In this document: in pieces, positions 9,530 to 20,972 of the stretch
Position numbering within the stretch: position 1 is the first letter of the stretch
Layout of the letters: every line of letters starts with the position of its first letter
DNA from: a bacterium
GTDB lineage: Bacteria > UBA10199 > JADFYH01
DNA: 64,000 bases
NCBI GenBank assembly: GCA_046346885.1
Contig: JAXMHI010000002.1
Coordinates: 216,768-280,767 of the forward strand
Reading direction: 5' to 3'
Notes under the pieces: model-generated
What the model was told of the DNA's origin: nothing
What the model saw: the letters and a program-made list of their open reading frames with translations, nothing else
Databases searched by the model: none
Translations under genes and position numbers: made by a program

Positions 9530-11227
9530 ATGTTGAAAAAACTTTCCATCCGCCATTTTGCCATCATCGATACCTTAGATCTCGAATTCGAGGAAGGCTT
9601 GAACATCCTCTCGGGCGAAACGGGCGCCGGTAAATCCATCATCCTACAGGCGCTGGGGCTTCTCTTGGGGGGGCGTGGTTATTCGGACCTCATCCGCAGC
9701 GGCGAAGAGGAGTGCGAGGTGGCGGCGGAGTTTGATGTTTCCACCCAATCCGAAATTCCTTCTCGGGTCTCCAAAACGGTTTCTTCCTCCGATCGATCCC
9801 TTAAAATTCGGCGGATTTTGAACCGGTCCGGAAAAGGTAAGGTGTGGGTGAACGAGCAGGCATCTACCGTCGGGGAACTTCAAGAGTTGGGCGAGTTTCT
9901 CATGGACTTGGTGAGTCAACACGAATCGCAGAATTTGCTTTCTGAAGACATGCCCCGGTCGTACTTAGACGGATTCGGAGGGCATGAAACGCTCCTCCAA
10001 ACATACCGCGAGGTTTACGAGCGCTACCTTTCCCTTTCCCACGAATTGAAAACCCTTGAAGCGAAGGCCAAGGAGGCCCGCGAGAAGGAAGACCTTTACC
10101 GTTTTCAACTCCGCGAAATCGCGGAGGCGAACCTTAAACCTCAAGAAGAGGAAGAACTGCTTCAGGAGCGAAAAATTCTCTCCCACGCCTCGAAGATCAG
10201 CGAGACGGTGAACGCGGTGGAAGGGCTCCTCTATTCGGCGAACGATTCCGTTACCGAACTTTTAGGAAAGGCGGGATCGGCTTTGTCGCGCATTTCGGGC
10301 ATCGACCCCGATCTTGATCGGGAGGCGGAGCAAATCAAGTCCCGCGCACTCGAGTTGGAGGAAATCTCGCGTTTTTTCCAATCCTATTTAAATCGCGTCG
10401 ATTTCGATCCCGACCGCCTCACCCAATTGGAAAACCGTCTCGATACCCTGGCCGGCCTCAAGAAAAAATACGGCGGCAGCGTGGAGGCGGTCCTCGAGAA
10501 GGCCGAAGAATTGGAAAAGATGATCGGTCTCATCGACCGTTTCGACGAATCGGCCGAGGCCTTGAAAAAACAATTTCAAGAAATCGAGAAAGATTTAACC
10601 TTGAAGGCCCAAAAGCTCACTCAAGCCCGCAAGAAGGCCGGCGGTGAGCTCGCCCGCGCGATGGAAAAGGAGCTCGCCTCGCTCGCCATGGCGAAGACGC
10701 GTTTCGAGGTGCGGGTGAGGCAACGGCTGGAAGAAGCCGCTTTTTCGCCCACGGGCGTGGATGAAATTCAATTTTACATTGCCCCCAACGTGGGGGAGGA
10801 ACCTAAGCCCTTAAACTTGATCGCCTCCGGCGGCGAGCTTTCTCGAATTCTGCTCGCCTTGAAAGGAGTGCTCCGCTCTCCCGACTCGGCGCTTACGTAT
10901 GTCTTTGACGAAGTGGATACGGGCATCGGAGGCGCCGTGGCCGAAGTGGTGGGGCAAAAGCTGAAGCGTTTGGCGGAAGTCGCTCAAGTGGTGTGCATCA
11001 CCCATCTTCCTCAAATCGCCGCCTGTGCGGACGCCCATTACCAAATCGCCAAGCACGAGAAGAAGCAGCGCGTGGTCACCGAGGTGCGCCGTTTGGAAGG
11101 GGAAGAGCGCGAAGAAGAAATCGCCCGCATGCTGGCCGGCGTGAAAATTACCGAGAAGGCCCGTCTGCACGCGCGGGAGCTCATGGGGCAGTGGAAGAAA
11201 AACAATTCTAAAACGGTAGGAGCGTGA
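9530..11227 (+). CDS. recN: DNA repair protein RecN
   Basis: SMC-like: N-terminal Walker A SGETGAGKSIILQAL, long coiled coil, C-terminal ASGGELSRILLALK signature and VFDEVDTGIGG. Confidence 0.9.
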   Translation: MLKKLSIRHFAIIDTLDLEFEEGLNILSGETGAGKSIILQALGLLLGGRGYSDLIRSGEEECEVAAEFDVSTQSEIPSRVSKTVSSSDRSLKIRRILNRSGKGKVWVNEQASTVGELQELGEFLMDLVSQHESQNLLSEDMPRSYLDGFGGHETLLQTYREVYERYLSLSHELKTLEAKAKEAREKEDLYRFQLREIAEANLKPQEEEELLQERKILSHASKISETVNAVEGLLYSANDSVTELLGKAGSALSRISGIDPDLDREAEQIKSRALELEEISRFFQSYLNRVDFDPDRLTQLENRLDTLAGLKKKYGGSVEAVLEKAEELEKMIGLIDRFDESAEALKKQFQEIEKDLTLKAQKLTQARKKAGGELARAMEKELASLAMAKTRFEVRVRQRLEEAAFSPTGVDEIQFYIAPNVGEEPKPLNLIASGGELSRILLALKGVLRSPDSALTYVFDEVDTGIGGAVAEVVGQKLKRLAEVAQVVCITHLPQIAACADAHYQIAKHEKKQRVVTEVRRLEGEEREEEIARMLAGVKITEKARLHARELMGQWKKNNSKTVGA

Positions 11228-11250
11228 CTGCGCGTCACCCCGATTTCATC

Positions 11251-12594
11251 ATGAATCTCGAATCGATCGTCGAAAAGTTCAAGGAGCAGCTCCAAAAGCA
11301 AGGGGCCCCCGAATTTGAAATCTTCCTCCTAAAAGAAAATCGGGCGGAGGTGGAAGTGAAGGAGCAGAAAGTGCACTCCTTCGAGAGCGCCGAAACGGTG
11401 GGCGCGGGCTTGCGCCTCATCCGCCAAAAGAGGCTGGGTTCTTCTTACACCACCGATTTCACCGATGCGGCCGTCGCCAAGGCGGTGGAAGAGGCGTTGG
11501 CTACCGCCCGTTATCCCAGCGAGAACGAGTTTTTGCGCTTTCCTTCCCCTTCGAAAAACCCAAGCAACCAAACGCTCAGAAATTACGATAAAAAAGTAAC
11601 ACAAGTCACTCAGGCCCAGAGAATCGAACAGGCGATGCTCCTCGAGAGATCGGCGCTTGGCTTCGACCCGAAGATCAAGCGGGTTCGCGGCGCTTCTTAC
11701 GATGCAAGCTCCTACGAAATTCTGTTGGCGAACTCTTGGGGCCTTCAGGCCCGACATCAAAAAACGATGAACGTGCTTTCCCTCATGGCGGTCGCCGAGC
11801 AAGGGGGAGAGGCGGAAGCGGCTTTCGATTTCGAGTTTTCCAACTTCTTCGACTCTCTGGACGCGGAAAAGGTGGGAAGGCGGGCGGCTGAAAAGGCGGC
11901 GCGTTATCTGGGCGGAAAGCCCGGCCCTACCCTGAAATGCCCGATTTTGTTGGATGCACTGGTGGCGGCCGAAATTTTGGAAGTCTTGGCCCCCAGTTTT
12001 TACGCCGACAACCTCGCGAAGAAATGCTCCCTTTTCGAGGGGCTTCAGGGGAAAAAAGTGCTTTCGGAGGCCTTGACGATCATCGATGACGGTCTTCTCG
12101 ACGGAGGTTTCGTTTCTTCTCCTTTCGACGGCGAAGGAGTTTCTCGGCAACGGATGAAGGTGGTGGAAAAGGGGGTGTTCAGGCAAATCTTGGCCGACAC
12201 CGAATACGGCAATCGTCTAGGAATGGGGTCGACCGGTTCCAGCGTCCGCGAGGATATTAAGAAGGCTCCCCGCATCGGCTGTTCCAACTTCTTTATCGAA
12301 AAAGGGACCCGTTCTCCGGAAGAGATCTTGAAAAAAATCGACCGAGGGGTTTTGATCACCGAACTGATCGGCATGCATACCGCCAATCCCATTTCGGGAG
12401 ATTTTTCCGTGGGGGCCCAGGGTTTCTTGGTGGAAAAAGGGGAGGTGGCCGGCCCGATCAAGCAAATCGCCCTCTCGGGCAATTTGAAAGAGATGATGCA
12501 AAAAGTTACCGAGGCGGCCAGTGACTTACGGTTTTATTTCAAGGTGGGAGCGCCTTCGTTGCTCATCTCCGAGATGGATGTCGCGGGGGAGTGA
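11251..12594 (+). CDS. TldD/PmbA-family metalloprotease
   Basis: C-terminal PmbA_TldD pattern (GSSVRE, GVLITELIGMHTANPISGDFSVGAQGF). ATG at 11251 preferred; GTG at 11224 overlapping the recN stop is an alternative. Confidence 0.75.
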   Translation: MNLESIVEKFKEQLQKQGAPEFEIFLLKENRAEVEVKEQKVHSFESAETVGAGLRLIRQKRLGSSYTTDFTDAAVAKAVEEALATARYPSENEFLRFPSPSKNPSNQTLRNYDKKVTQVTQAQRIEQAMLLERSALGFDPKIKRVRGASYDASSYEILLANSWGLQARHQKTMNVLSLMAVAEQGGEAEAAFDFEFSNFFDSLDAEKVGRRAAEKAARYLGGKPGPTLKCPILLDALVAAEILEVLAPSFYADNLAKKCSLFEGLQGKKVLSEALTIIDDGLLDGGFVSSPFDGEGVSRQRMKVVEKGVFRQILADTEYGNRLGMGSTGSSVREDIKKAPRIGCSNFFIEKGTRSPEEILKKIDRGVLITELIGMHTANPISGDFSVGAQGFLVEKGEVAGPIKQIALSGNLKEMMQKVTEAASDLRFYFKVGAPSLLISEMDVAGE

Positions 12595-12664
12595 GGAAAC
12601 GCTTCGGAAATTTTCAGCAAGGTGTTTGAAGCGTTAAAATTGTGATTCTTTGAGAAAGCGGTGG

Positions 12665-12693
12665 TTGACCCTTCAAAAGTCCTCCACTATAAT
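12665..12693 (+). promoter_or_regulatory. sigma-70-type promoter candidate upstream of the PP2C gene
   Basis: TTGACC (12665-12670), 17-nt spacer, TATAAT (12688-12693), 47 nt before ATG 12741. Confidence 0.5.
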
Positions 12694-12740
12694 GGGCAAA
12701 ATCTTAAGTTGTTCAAGATATTTAGGGGCTTAAACTTGGT

Positions 12741-13502
12741 ATGAAGATTGAATCTTACGGCATCTCGAATGTGGGCATGAAGCGCGGTCAGAATGAGGAC
12801 AACTACCTCTTAAACGACGAGTTGCAGTTGTACGTGGTGGCGGACGGTATGGGAGGACATTTGGGGGGCGAGTTCGCTTCGAAGATGGCGGTAAGCACGG
12901 TGGAAGAGGTGGTGCAACGGCTTTCCAACCCCGAAGCTACCCAGATTCATGGGGTGAATTCGGGGGAAGTCGCCTATGGAGAGCGTCTTCGTTTCGCGAT
13001 TAAAGAAGCAGGGCGCCGGATTTTCGATCAAGCCCTCTACGATGAATCTTTAAAAGGCATGGGGACTACGACGGTGGCCATGCTCATTAACGAAACCAGG
13101 GCCTATATCGCCAATGTGGGAGATTCTCGAGGGTATTTCATCCGCGGAAACAAGATTGAACAGATTACGGAAGATCATTCTCTGGTCGGGGAACAAGTGA
13201 AAGCCGGGATTATTTCCGTGAGCGACGCGAAAAGCCACCGACTGAAAAACATCATCACCCGCTCGGTGGGGTATCAGGAGGATGTGGAAAGCGACTTGAG
13301 CGTGAAAGACTTGAGGCCGGGTGATAAGATTCTTCTATGCTCCGACGGCCTTTCCAACCTGGTGGAAGACGAGGAAATTTGTAAAATGCTTGGAAGCTAC
13401 CCTCTGCAAGAAGCTTGTAACCGTCTCATCGATTTGGCCAACGAACGAGGGGGAGACGATAACATTACCATTGTTTCAATTCAAGTGCTTGAAAACACAT
13501 AA
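12741..13502 (+). CDS. PP2C-family Ser/Thr protein phosphatase
   Basis: VADGMGGHLGGEFAS, ANVGDSRGY, LLCSDGLSN, GGDDNITIV: the conserved PPM metal-binding motifs. Confidence 0.85.
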   Translation: MKIESYGISNVGMKRGQNEDNYLLNDELQLYVVADGMGGHLGGEFASKMAVSTVEEVVQRLSNPEATQIHGVNSGEVAYGERLRFAIKEAGRRIFDQALYDESLKGMGTTTVAMLINETRAYIANVGDSRGYFIRGNKIEQITEDHSLVGEQVKAGIISVSDAKSHRLKNIITRSVGYQEDVESDLSVKDLRPGDKILLCSDGLSNLVEDEEICKMLGSYPLQEACNRLIDLANERGGDDNITIVSIQVLENT

Positions 13503-13744
13503 GTTTTAGTTCTTGACCCACCTTCCTCCCTTTGGTAACTTGCCCTCCACTTAATCATTATCCGTATCCGAATGGAAATTTTAAGCTCCTTTTTTGAAAA
13601 GGAGCCGAAAAGAGGAAAAAGGGGCTTTTTCAAGCTCTTTTCCTAAAAACATCATTCATTAATATCCAAACGAAGAAAGAATCCCGTGGCAGCGTAGAGA
13701 GAGGGCTTTTGAGGAGGGGTTCTTGAAAACGGTAGGAGGTTCGA

Positions 13745-14674
13745 ATGAGCCGTTACAGCATCTTAATCATCCCTGAAAACCACATGGAGTCGAAGCGGTT
13801 CCAGTTGCCGAAGGTGGCCGTTCACCTGGGGTTTGTCGTGGCGGCCCTTTTGCTGGTGTTCACGACCGTCATGACGTGGGGTTTCATTCATTACCGTCAG
13901 GTGGCGAAGAATATCTCCGTTCCCACCCTTTCTCCCGGGGAAGAGCTTTACCGCAGCGAATTATTGGCGAAGATGAACCATCTGGAAGACTCCCTCAAGC
14001 GCACCCAACAGTTCGCGACCCGTATGGAGTCGATGGCGGGTGTCGACGCCGGCAAGATGAAGATGGGCGTGGGGCCTTTGAGTGAAAACGACGATTTCAG
14101 CAAATACCTCGAAAAAATCAGCCAACTGCCCAAACCCACCGACGTGAAGGAGGCGAAGCTCGATACCAACCTGTATAAGAAGTTGGGTGGCAAGCTTGAA
14201 GAGCTTTCCGAATATGCCTTCGCCCTCGAAACTCACGTAAACGAAGTTTATGAACTCGGCCAAGACAAGCTTTCTTACTGGGCTTCTACGCCCTCTATCT
14301 GGCCCGTGAAGGGTTGGGTCACCAGCGATTTCGGCGGACGCATCAACCCCATCACCGGGACCCCCAAATTCCATGAAGGTCTGGACATTGCCGCCCCCTA
14401 CGGCACTCCCATCTTCGCCCCTTCGGACGGCATCACTTCCTTTACCGGCTATAAAGGCGGTTATGGTTATGCCTTGGTTCTCGATCACGGCTACGGCGTT
14501 TCCACTTTATACGGCCATACCTCCAATATCCTTGTGAAAGAAGGTGAGCGTGTGAGACGGGGGCAGTTGGTGGCTATGGTGGGCAGCTCGGGCGCCGCGA
14601 CGGGGCCGCATCTCCACTACGAAGTGCATGTGGACGGTGTGCCGACCGATCCGATGAAGTTTATTTTGAAATAA
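13745..14674 (+). CDS. M23-family peptidoglycan metalloendopeptidase
   Basis: N-terminal TM, coiled coil, C-terminal HEGLDIAAPYGTPI ... GHTS ... GSSGAATGPHLHYEV (HxxxD / HxH LytM motifs). Confidence 0.8.
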   Translation: MSRYSILIIPENHMESKRFQLPKVAVHLGFVVAALLLVFTTVMTWGFIHYRQVAKNISVPTLSPGEELYRSELLAKMNHLEDSLKRTQQFATRMESMAGVDAGKMKMGVGPLSENDDFSKYLEKISQLPKPTDVKEAKLDTNLYKKLGGKLEELSEYAFALETHVNEVYELGQDKLSYWASTPSIWPVKGWVTSDFGGRINPITGTPKFHEGLDIAAPYGTPIFAPSDGITSFTGYKGGYGYALVLDHGYGVSTLYGHTSNILVKEGERVRRGQLVAMVGSSGAATGPHLHYEVHVDGVPTDPMKFILK

Positions 14675-14697
14675 ACCTTCTCGAAGCTTTTGAAAAA

Positions 14698-14733
14698 AGC
14701 CGTTCCGAGCCGATTCGGGACGGCTTTTTTTTT
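14698..14733 (+). terminator. rho-independent terminator after the M23 peptidase gene
   Basis: agccgttccga / tcgggacggct stem (one G-U pair) followed by T9. Confidence 0.7.
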
Positions 14734-14836
14734 GACTCTGCGTGTAATATACGATACCGATGCGCTCGGACTTGAGTTCACATAGGACTTAAGCCTGTTT
14801 GCGAAGATCATCAAAAATCACGAGGAGTTTTCCTTC

Positions 14837-17451
14837 ATGGTGTTAGGTGCCCTGGCCCGCAAGGTATTCGGAAGTAAAAATGAGAGGGAACTGAAGAAGA
14901 TCTACCCGATCGTCGATCAAATCCGCGATTTCGAACCGAAGATCCAAGCCCTTTCCGACGAAGCCTTGAAAAACCAAACCGTCCTTTTTCGGGAGCGCCT
15001 CGCTAAGGGTGAGACCTTAGACTCACTTCTTCCCGAAGCCTTTGCCACCGTCCGCGAGGCGGGCAAGCGCGTTCTGGGTATGCGCCATTTCGACGCCCAG
15101 ATGATCGGCGGCATCGTCCTCCACCAGGGAAAAATCTCGGAAATGAAGACCGGCGAAGGAAAGACCCTCGTCGCCACTCTTCCCGTCTACTTGAACGCGC
15201 TCGAAGGCAAGGGCGTTCACGTGGTGACGGTGAACGATTACCTGGCCAAGCGCGACTCCGAGTGGATGGGGCGGCTTTATCAGTTTTTGGGTTTGACCGT
15301 CGGAGTCATCGTTCACGGCTTGGAAGACGAAGAACGCCACGCGGCCTACCGCGCCGACGTGACCTACGGCACCAACAACGAATATGGCTTCGACTACCTG
15401 CGCGACAACATGAAGTTCAACCTGGAGCAATGCGTGCAACGCGAGCTCCACTACGCCATCGTCGACGAAGTAGACAGCATCTTGATCGACGAGGCCCGCA
15501 CGCCCCTCATCATCTCGGGCCCTTCCGAAGAATCGACGGACAAGTATTATCGGATCGATCAGGTGATCCCCCATCTCAAGAAAGAGGAAGATTACACGAT
15601 CGACGAAAAGAGCCGAACCGTCGTTATGACCGAGAACGGTGTTTTCCACGTGGAGAAATTGCTAGGCATCGAAAACCTCTACGACCCCAGCCAGATGGAA
15701 ATCTTGCACCACGTCAACCAGGGGCTGCGCGCCCATACCCTCTACAAGCGGGACGTGGACTACGTGGTGAAGGACGGCGAGGTGCTCATCGTCGACGAGT
15801 TCACCGGCCGTCTCATGCCCGGACGGCGTTGGAGCGACGGTTTGCACCAGGCGGTGGAGGCGAAGGAGAAGGTGAACGTGGAGAACGAGAACCAGACGCT
15901 CGCCACCATCTCTTTCCAAAATTATTTCCGCATGTTCAAGAAGCTAGCCGGTATGACCGGTACGGCGGATACGGAAGCGGCGGAATTCGGAAAAATTTAC
16001 AACCTCGACGTAATGGTGATCCCCACTCACCGTCCCATGGTCCGTAAAGATGAAGCGGACATGATCTACAAGAATGAAAAGGGAAAGTTCCGCGCCGTGA
16101 TCAAGGAAGTGGAAGAATGCCACCAAAAGGGTCAGCCCGTGTTGGTGGGCACCATTTCCATCGAGAAGTCGGAAGTGCTGGCTGGCATGCTCTCCCGCCG
16201 GGGCATAAAGCACCATGTCCTCAACGCCAAACAGCACGAGAAGGAGGCGGAGATCGTCGCGCAGGCGGGACGTCACGGGGCGGTCACCATTTCCACCAAC
16301 ATGGCCGGCCGCGGGACCGATATTTTGCTCGGCGGAAACCCCGAATTTCTCGCGCGGACGAAGGTGGGCAAAGAGGCGAGCCCCGAGGAATTCCAAAAGG
16401 CCCTCGAGGAGTTCAAGAAAATTTGCGAAAGCGAGAAGAAGCTCGTCACCGAGGCGGGCGGCCTCCACATCATCGGCACCGAGCGCCACGAGTCGCGCCG
16501 TATCGATAACCAGTTGCGGGGCCGTGCCGGCCGCCAGGAAGATCGGGTTCTTCGCGGTTCTACATCTCGCTCGAAGACGACTTGATGCGCATTTTCGCTT
16601 CCGACCGCATCTCCAAAATGATGGAACGCTTGGGCATGGAGGAGGACGAGCCGATTTTCCACCTGGATCGATAAGGCCATCGAGAACGCCCAGAAGAAAG
16701 TGGAAGCGCACTTCTTCGACATCCGAAGAACTTGATCGAGTTTGACGACGTGATGAACCAACAACACGACGGTTTATAAGCTGCGTCGCGAGATCCTTTC
16801 CGAGCGGATTTGAAGGACAAGGTCACCGATCTGATCGACCAAATCGTGGGGCGTCTGATCGGTGATTTCAGCCGAGCAAGGGGAGGAGTGGAACGGAAAG
16901 GGGATGAACGACCGCGTATTCAAGCTGTTCGGCGTTCGCGGAAGAGCTGCAGTCGCTGCCCGTGGAGACGCCCACCGACGAGGTGGGGGAAGATCTTCAA
17001 CCGCGTGATGGATGTCTACGAGGAGAAGGAAAACAAATTAGGCGCCGAGTTGATGCGCAACATCGAACGCGTTTTGTTGCTGCAGACCATCGACGCCCTT
17101 TGGAAGGATCATTTGCTCAGCATGGACCACACGGGAAGGAATCGGTCTGCGCGGTTACGCCCAGAAGGATCCCATCGTCGAGTACAAACCGAGGTTATGC
17201 CATGTTCGAGACGATGATCGACCAGTTCGCGGATGATTCCGTCCGAGAAGCTCTTCCATGTGCAGGTGGAGGAAAGAAGAGGCCTCCCGTGGTGGAAACG
17301 CGTCGCATCGCGCGCAACCCATGGTGATGAGTCGCGGCCAACCGGAGCAAGGAGAGGCCGACGGGCTCGGTCGTGAGAACCAAAGGTCGGCGGGAGCGAC
17401 CCTTGCCCTTGCGGGAGCGGCAAGAAATATAAGAAGTGTCACGGACAATAA
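14837..17451 (+). pseudogene. secA: preprotein translocase SecA; frame intact for 582 codons (to 16585), then broken by several indels (probably sequence errors)
   Basis: [49 protein letters not shown] in frame 1. From about 16540 SecA sequence continues in alternating frames ([50 protein letters not shown]). The zinc-finger tail CPCGSGKKYKKCHGQ stops at 17451. Confidence 0.85.
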
Positions 17452-17545
17452 AGAAGTTTCCGTTTTGTCATACCCGTGAAGACGGGAAGTGCCTAAATTT
17501 CTATGCATCCCAATCAAATTCAATCCAGTTAAACGAGGTTTTTTC

Positions 17546-18763
17546 ATGGAAGAAAATCTTCTCAAAGTGAGGGAGTTTCAGTTCTCCGGTCTTCACGTAG
17601 GGATCAAGGAAAACCCCAACCGCTTCGACTTGGCCATCATTTATTGAAATACCCTTCCAAGTGGCCGGCACCTTCACTACCAACAAGGCGCAAGCCGCGG
17701 TGATCCTCGACTTGAAAAAGATCAAGAAGGGGGTGGGGCAGGCGGTGATCCTGAATAGCGGCAACGCGAACGCTTGCACGGGGCGCTTAGGGATGAAAAA
17801 CGCCCAGGAGATGGAAAACGGGCACGGCAACTGAAGGTTTCTCCCGATTTGGTTTATGTCTCTTCCACGGGCAAGATCGGGGTTCAAATGCCTATGGAAA
17901 AGGTGAAAGCGGGCATCGAAAAGGCCGTTTCCCTCTTGAACGCCGACGGCGCCTTGAACGCGGCCCAGGCCATCCTCACCACCGACAAATTTCAGAAAAT
18001 CCATTCGATCACCGACCGGATCAACGTAGACCGAATACACCTTGCTCGGTTTCGCCAAGGGGGCCGGCATGATCGAGCCGGCCATGAAGGGCCCATCGAG
18101 CGGGCCTCCCCACGCGACCATGTTGGGTTTTTTCATGACCGACCTTCATATTCCCGCCAAGCTTCTCCAAGCCATGCTCAACCGGGTGACCGAGGCGACC
18201 TTCAACCGCATTACGGTGGACGGCGACGTTTCCACCAACGACACGGCTTTGTTGATGGCCAATGGGAAGGCCGGCAATAAGCCTTTAAAGGCGGGCAGTA
18301 AGGAGGCCAAGGCTTTCGAGAAAAATCTGGAAGAAGTGGCGCGCTATTTGTCCCTGAAGATGGTGGAAGACGGGGAGGGGGCCACGAAAGTCGTGGAAGT
18401 TTTTGTAAAAGGGCGAAAAACGACACGGAGGCAAGGCGGATCGCGTATTCCGTCGGCCGATCCCCCCTCGTGAAGACGTCTTTTTCCGGGCAGGACCCCA
18501 ATTGGGGACGCTTACTGGCTGCCATCGGCTATTCGGGCGCAACATTCGATCCCTATAAAGTCGATATTTATTACGATTCGGTCAAAGTGGCCGCTTCCGG
18601 GGTGGCCACGACGAAGGAAGCCGACCGGGCCGCCCATGAGGTGATGAAAGCCCCCACTTTCAAGGTCACGCTGGACTTGAAGAAGGGCAAAGGAAGCTTC
18701 CGTCTTTGGACTAGCGACCTCACGATCGACTATGTTAAGCTAAATGCCGAATATAGGACATAA
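17546..18763 (+). pseudogene. argJ: bifunctional ornithine acetyltransferase/N-acetylglutamate synthase ArgJ, split over three frames
   Basis: [21 protein letters not shown] start, GFAKGAGMIEP...ATMLGFFMTD self-cleavage region, NRITVDGDVSTNDT, C-terminus SDLTIDYVKLNAEYRT. Pieces lie in ORFs 17774.., 18042.. and 18470..18763. Confidence 0.8.
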
Positions 18764-18826
18764 GGGGATGGGTAAGAGGGGTAGTTTCCCGCCTGATCCC
18801 CGCCTTCTTAAAAGGTAGCGGGATCC

Positions 18827-20948
18827 ATGCTCGATAAACTCAAGCTCGGCAACCTCAACGATATGATCAATAAATACAGCGACCTCGTCCTGGCGGGGCT
18901 TGTCGTCGTTGTGTTGGCCCTCGTCATCATCCCGCTGCCCACCTGGCTGAACGACATCCTCCTCACCATCGACATTACCTTAAGTATCTTGATCATCTTG
19001 GTGGCCTTGTACATTTCCGACGCCTTGAAGATTGCGTCTTTTCCTACGATTCTCCTCATTACCACCCTTTATCGATTGTCCACTCAACATTGCCTCCACC
19101 ACGTCTCATCCTTTCCCAAGGGAAGCGGGAGAAGTCATCACGCTTTCGGTAATTTCGTCGTCGGGGGTAATTACGTGGTCGGCGGCATCCTCTTTTGATC
19201 ATCACCTTGGTGAACTTCATCGTTATCGCCAAAGGCGCCGAGCGCGTTTCGAAGTGGGCGCCCGTTTCACCTTGGACGCCATGCCCGGTAAACAGATGAG
19301 TATCGACGCCGACTTGCGCGCGGGCATCATCAACATGGAACAGGCCATGGAACGCCGGTCTACGCTGCAGCGGGAAGCCCAGATGTACGGCGCCATGGAC
19401 GGTGCCATGAAATTCGTCAAGGGGGATGCCATCGCCGGCATCATCATCACCGTCATCAACATCATTGGCGGTTTCATCATCGGCGTCATGCAGCGGGGAA
19501 TGGATTTCCAACAGGCGATCCAAACCTACAGCATCCTCACCATCGGTGACGGTCTCGTTTCGCAGATTCCCGCCCTGATGATCTCCGTCTCCGCCGGTAT
19601 CGTCGTCACCCGCGTGGCTTCCGACTCGAAGGAGTCGAACCTCGGGAGGGAAATCGTCGGTCAGGTCACCTCCTACCCGAAGGCGATCGTCATCGCGGCG
19701 GTCTTATTGTTCGTGATGGCCTTGGTGCCCGGTTTGCCCCATCTACCGTTTATCGTCCTGTCCGCGATTTTAGGGGCGACGGCTTATTTCCTCACTCGCC
19801 AGAAGAAGGTGGAGACGCAGGAAATCGCTGAAGTGCCCAAGGAGCAGGTGGTTAAGAAGGCCATCGAGAAGCATGGCGACGTGCTGCCTTTCATCATGCC
19901 CGCCCCTATTTCTTTAGAAGTCGGCGAGGCGATCATCCCGTGGGTGGACGATACGCAGGACGGCGGCCGCTTTATCAACGAGCTGATCCCGCTGTTGCGG
20001 CATGGTTTGTATTATGAGCTCGGGGTCAATTTTCCCGGCATTCAAGTGCGCGGACAAAACGTCGATTTGGAACCGGAGAGCTACATCATCAATATCAACG
20101 AAGTGCCCGTGGCGAAGGGGAGAGTGTACCGCGGTTGCATCCTCGTGGGCGAGCCCCTCGAGCAGCTTTCCCTCTTCAACATCAAGGGAGTCGAGACGAT
20201 CCACCCCATCGACGGGTCGATCGTGACTTGGATTTCGGAGGAGCACAAGGAAACCGCCATTCAAGCGGGGTTCCGCATGTGGGATATCGCCGAATATCTC
20301 ATCCTCCATCTTTCCTATATTTTGAGGAAGCATGCCCACGAATTCTTGGGCCTGCAAGAAATCCAGACTCTGCTCACCGAGCTCGAAAAGTCCCATCCGG
20401 CACTCGTGAAGGAACTGGTTCCGAAAGTGATTACGGTGTTGCAACTCTCCGAGATTTTCCAGCGCCTGGTGCAGGAGGAAATCTCCATCCGCGACTTGAA
20501 ATCCGTCTTCTCCACGCTTGCCCAATGGGCCGAAGTGGAGCGCAACACCTTGATGCTCACCGAGCATATTCGAGCGGGTCTTAAGCGCTATATTACTCAC
20601 CGCTATGCGGGGCATGCCAATACCTTGGCCGTTTATCTGCTGGATCCGGAAATTGAGGATTTGGTGAGAAACGCGATCCGAACCACTGAGAAAGGGAATT
20701 ACCTGGCCTTAGAGCCAGAGATCACCCAAGAAATCGTCGAATCGGTCGGAAAAGAGATCGCGTCCCATCCTTTCCCTCCGGGAGCTAGGCCCCCAGTGAT
20801 CTTGACGACCGCCGAGATCCGCCGTTACTTCCGCAAGATCATCGAGCTCGAGTTCCCGCAGTTGGCGGTGCTTTCCTATCAGGAGCTCTCCGAAAACCTG
20901 CGCATTCAACCGATCGCCCGCGTCGCGCTCAACCGGCAAGCCGCTTAA
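18827..20948 (+). pseudogene. sctV: T3SS export-gate protein, FHIPEP family (SctV/FlhA); 5' ~400 nt frameshifted, remainder intact
   Basis: FPTILLITTLYRLS, LNIAST, GEAGEVIT, GNFVVGGNYVVGGI in alternating frames between 19075 and 19250. Then continuous: ARFTLDAMPGKQMSIDADL, GAMDGAMKFVKGDAIAGIIIT and a full cytoplasmic domain. Confidence 0.85.
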
Positions 20949-20972
20949 TGCGGTAGCGGTCGGCCGTTCCCC

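Noticed and set aside
13562-13640. Hairpin gctcctttt/aaaaggagc and a 24-codon ORF (MEILSSFFEKEPKRGKRGFFKLFS) in the 240-nt spacer after the PP2C gene
   Set aside because: The ORF has no RBS and is made up largely of the palindrome itself. The hairpin lacks a downstream T-tract, so neither a peptide gene nor a terminator can be supported.
18075-18125. Apparent 9-residue in-frame insertion (KGPSSGPPH) immediately before the ArgJ self-cleavage motif ATML
   Set aside because: It lies in the middle of frameshift-dense zone 1. I cannot distinguish a real insertion from compensating indel errors.
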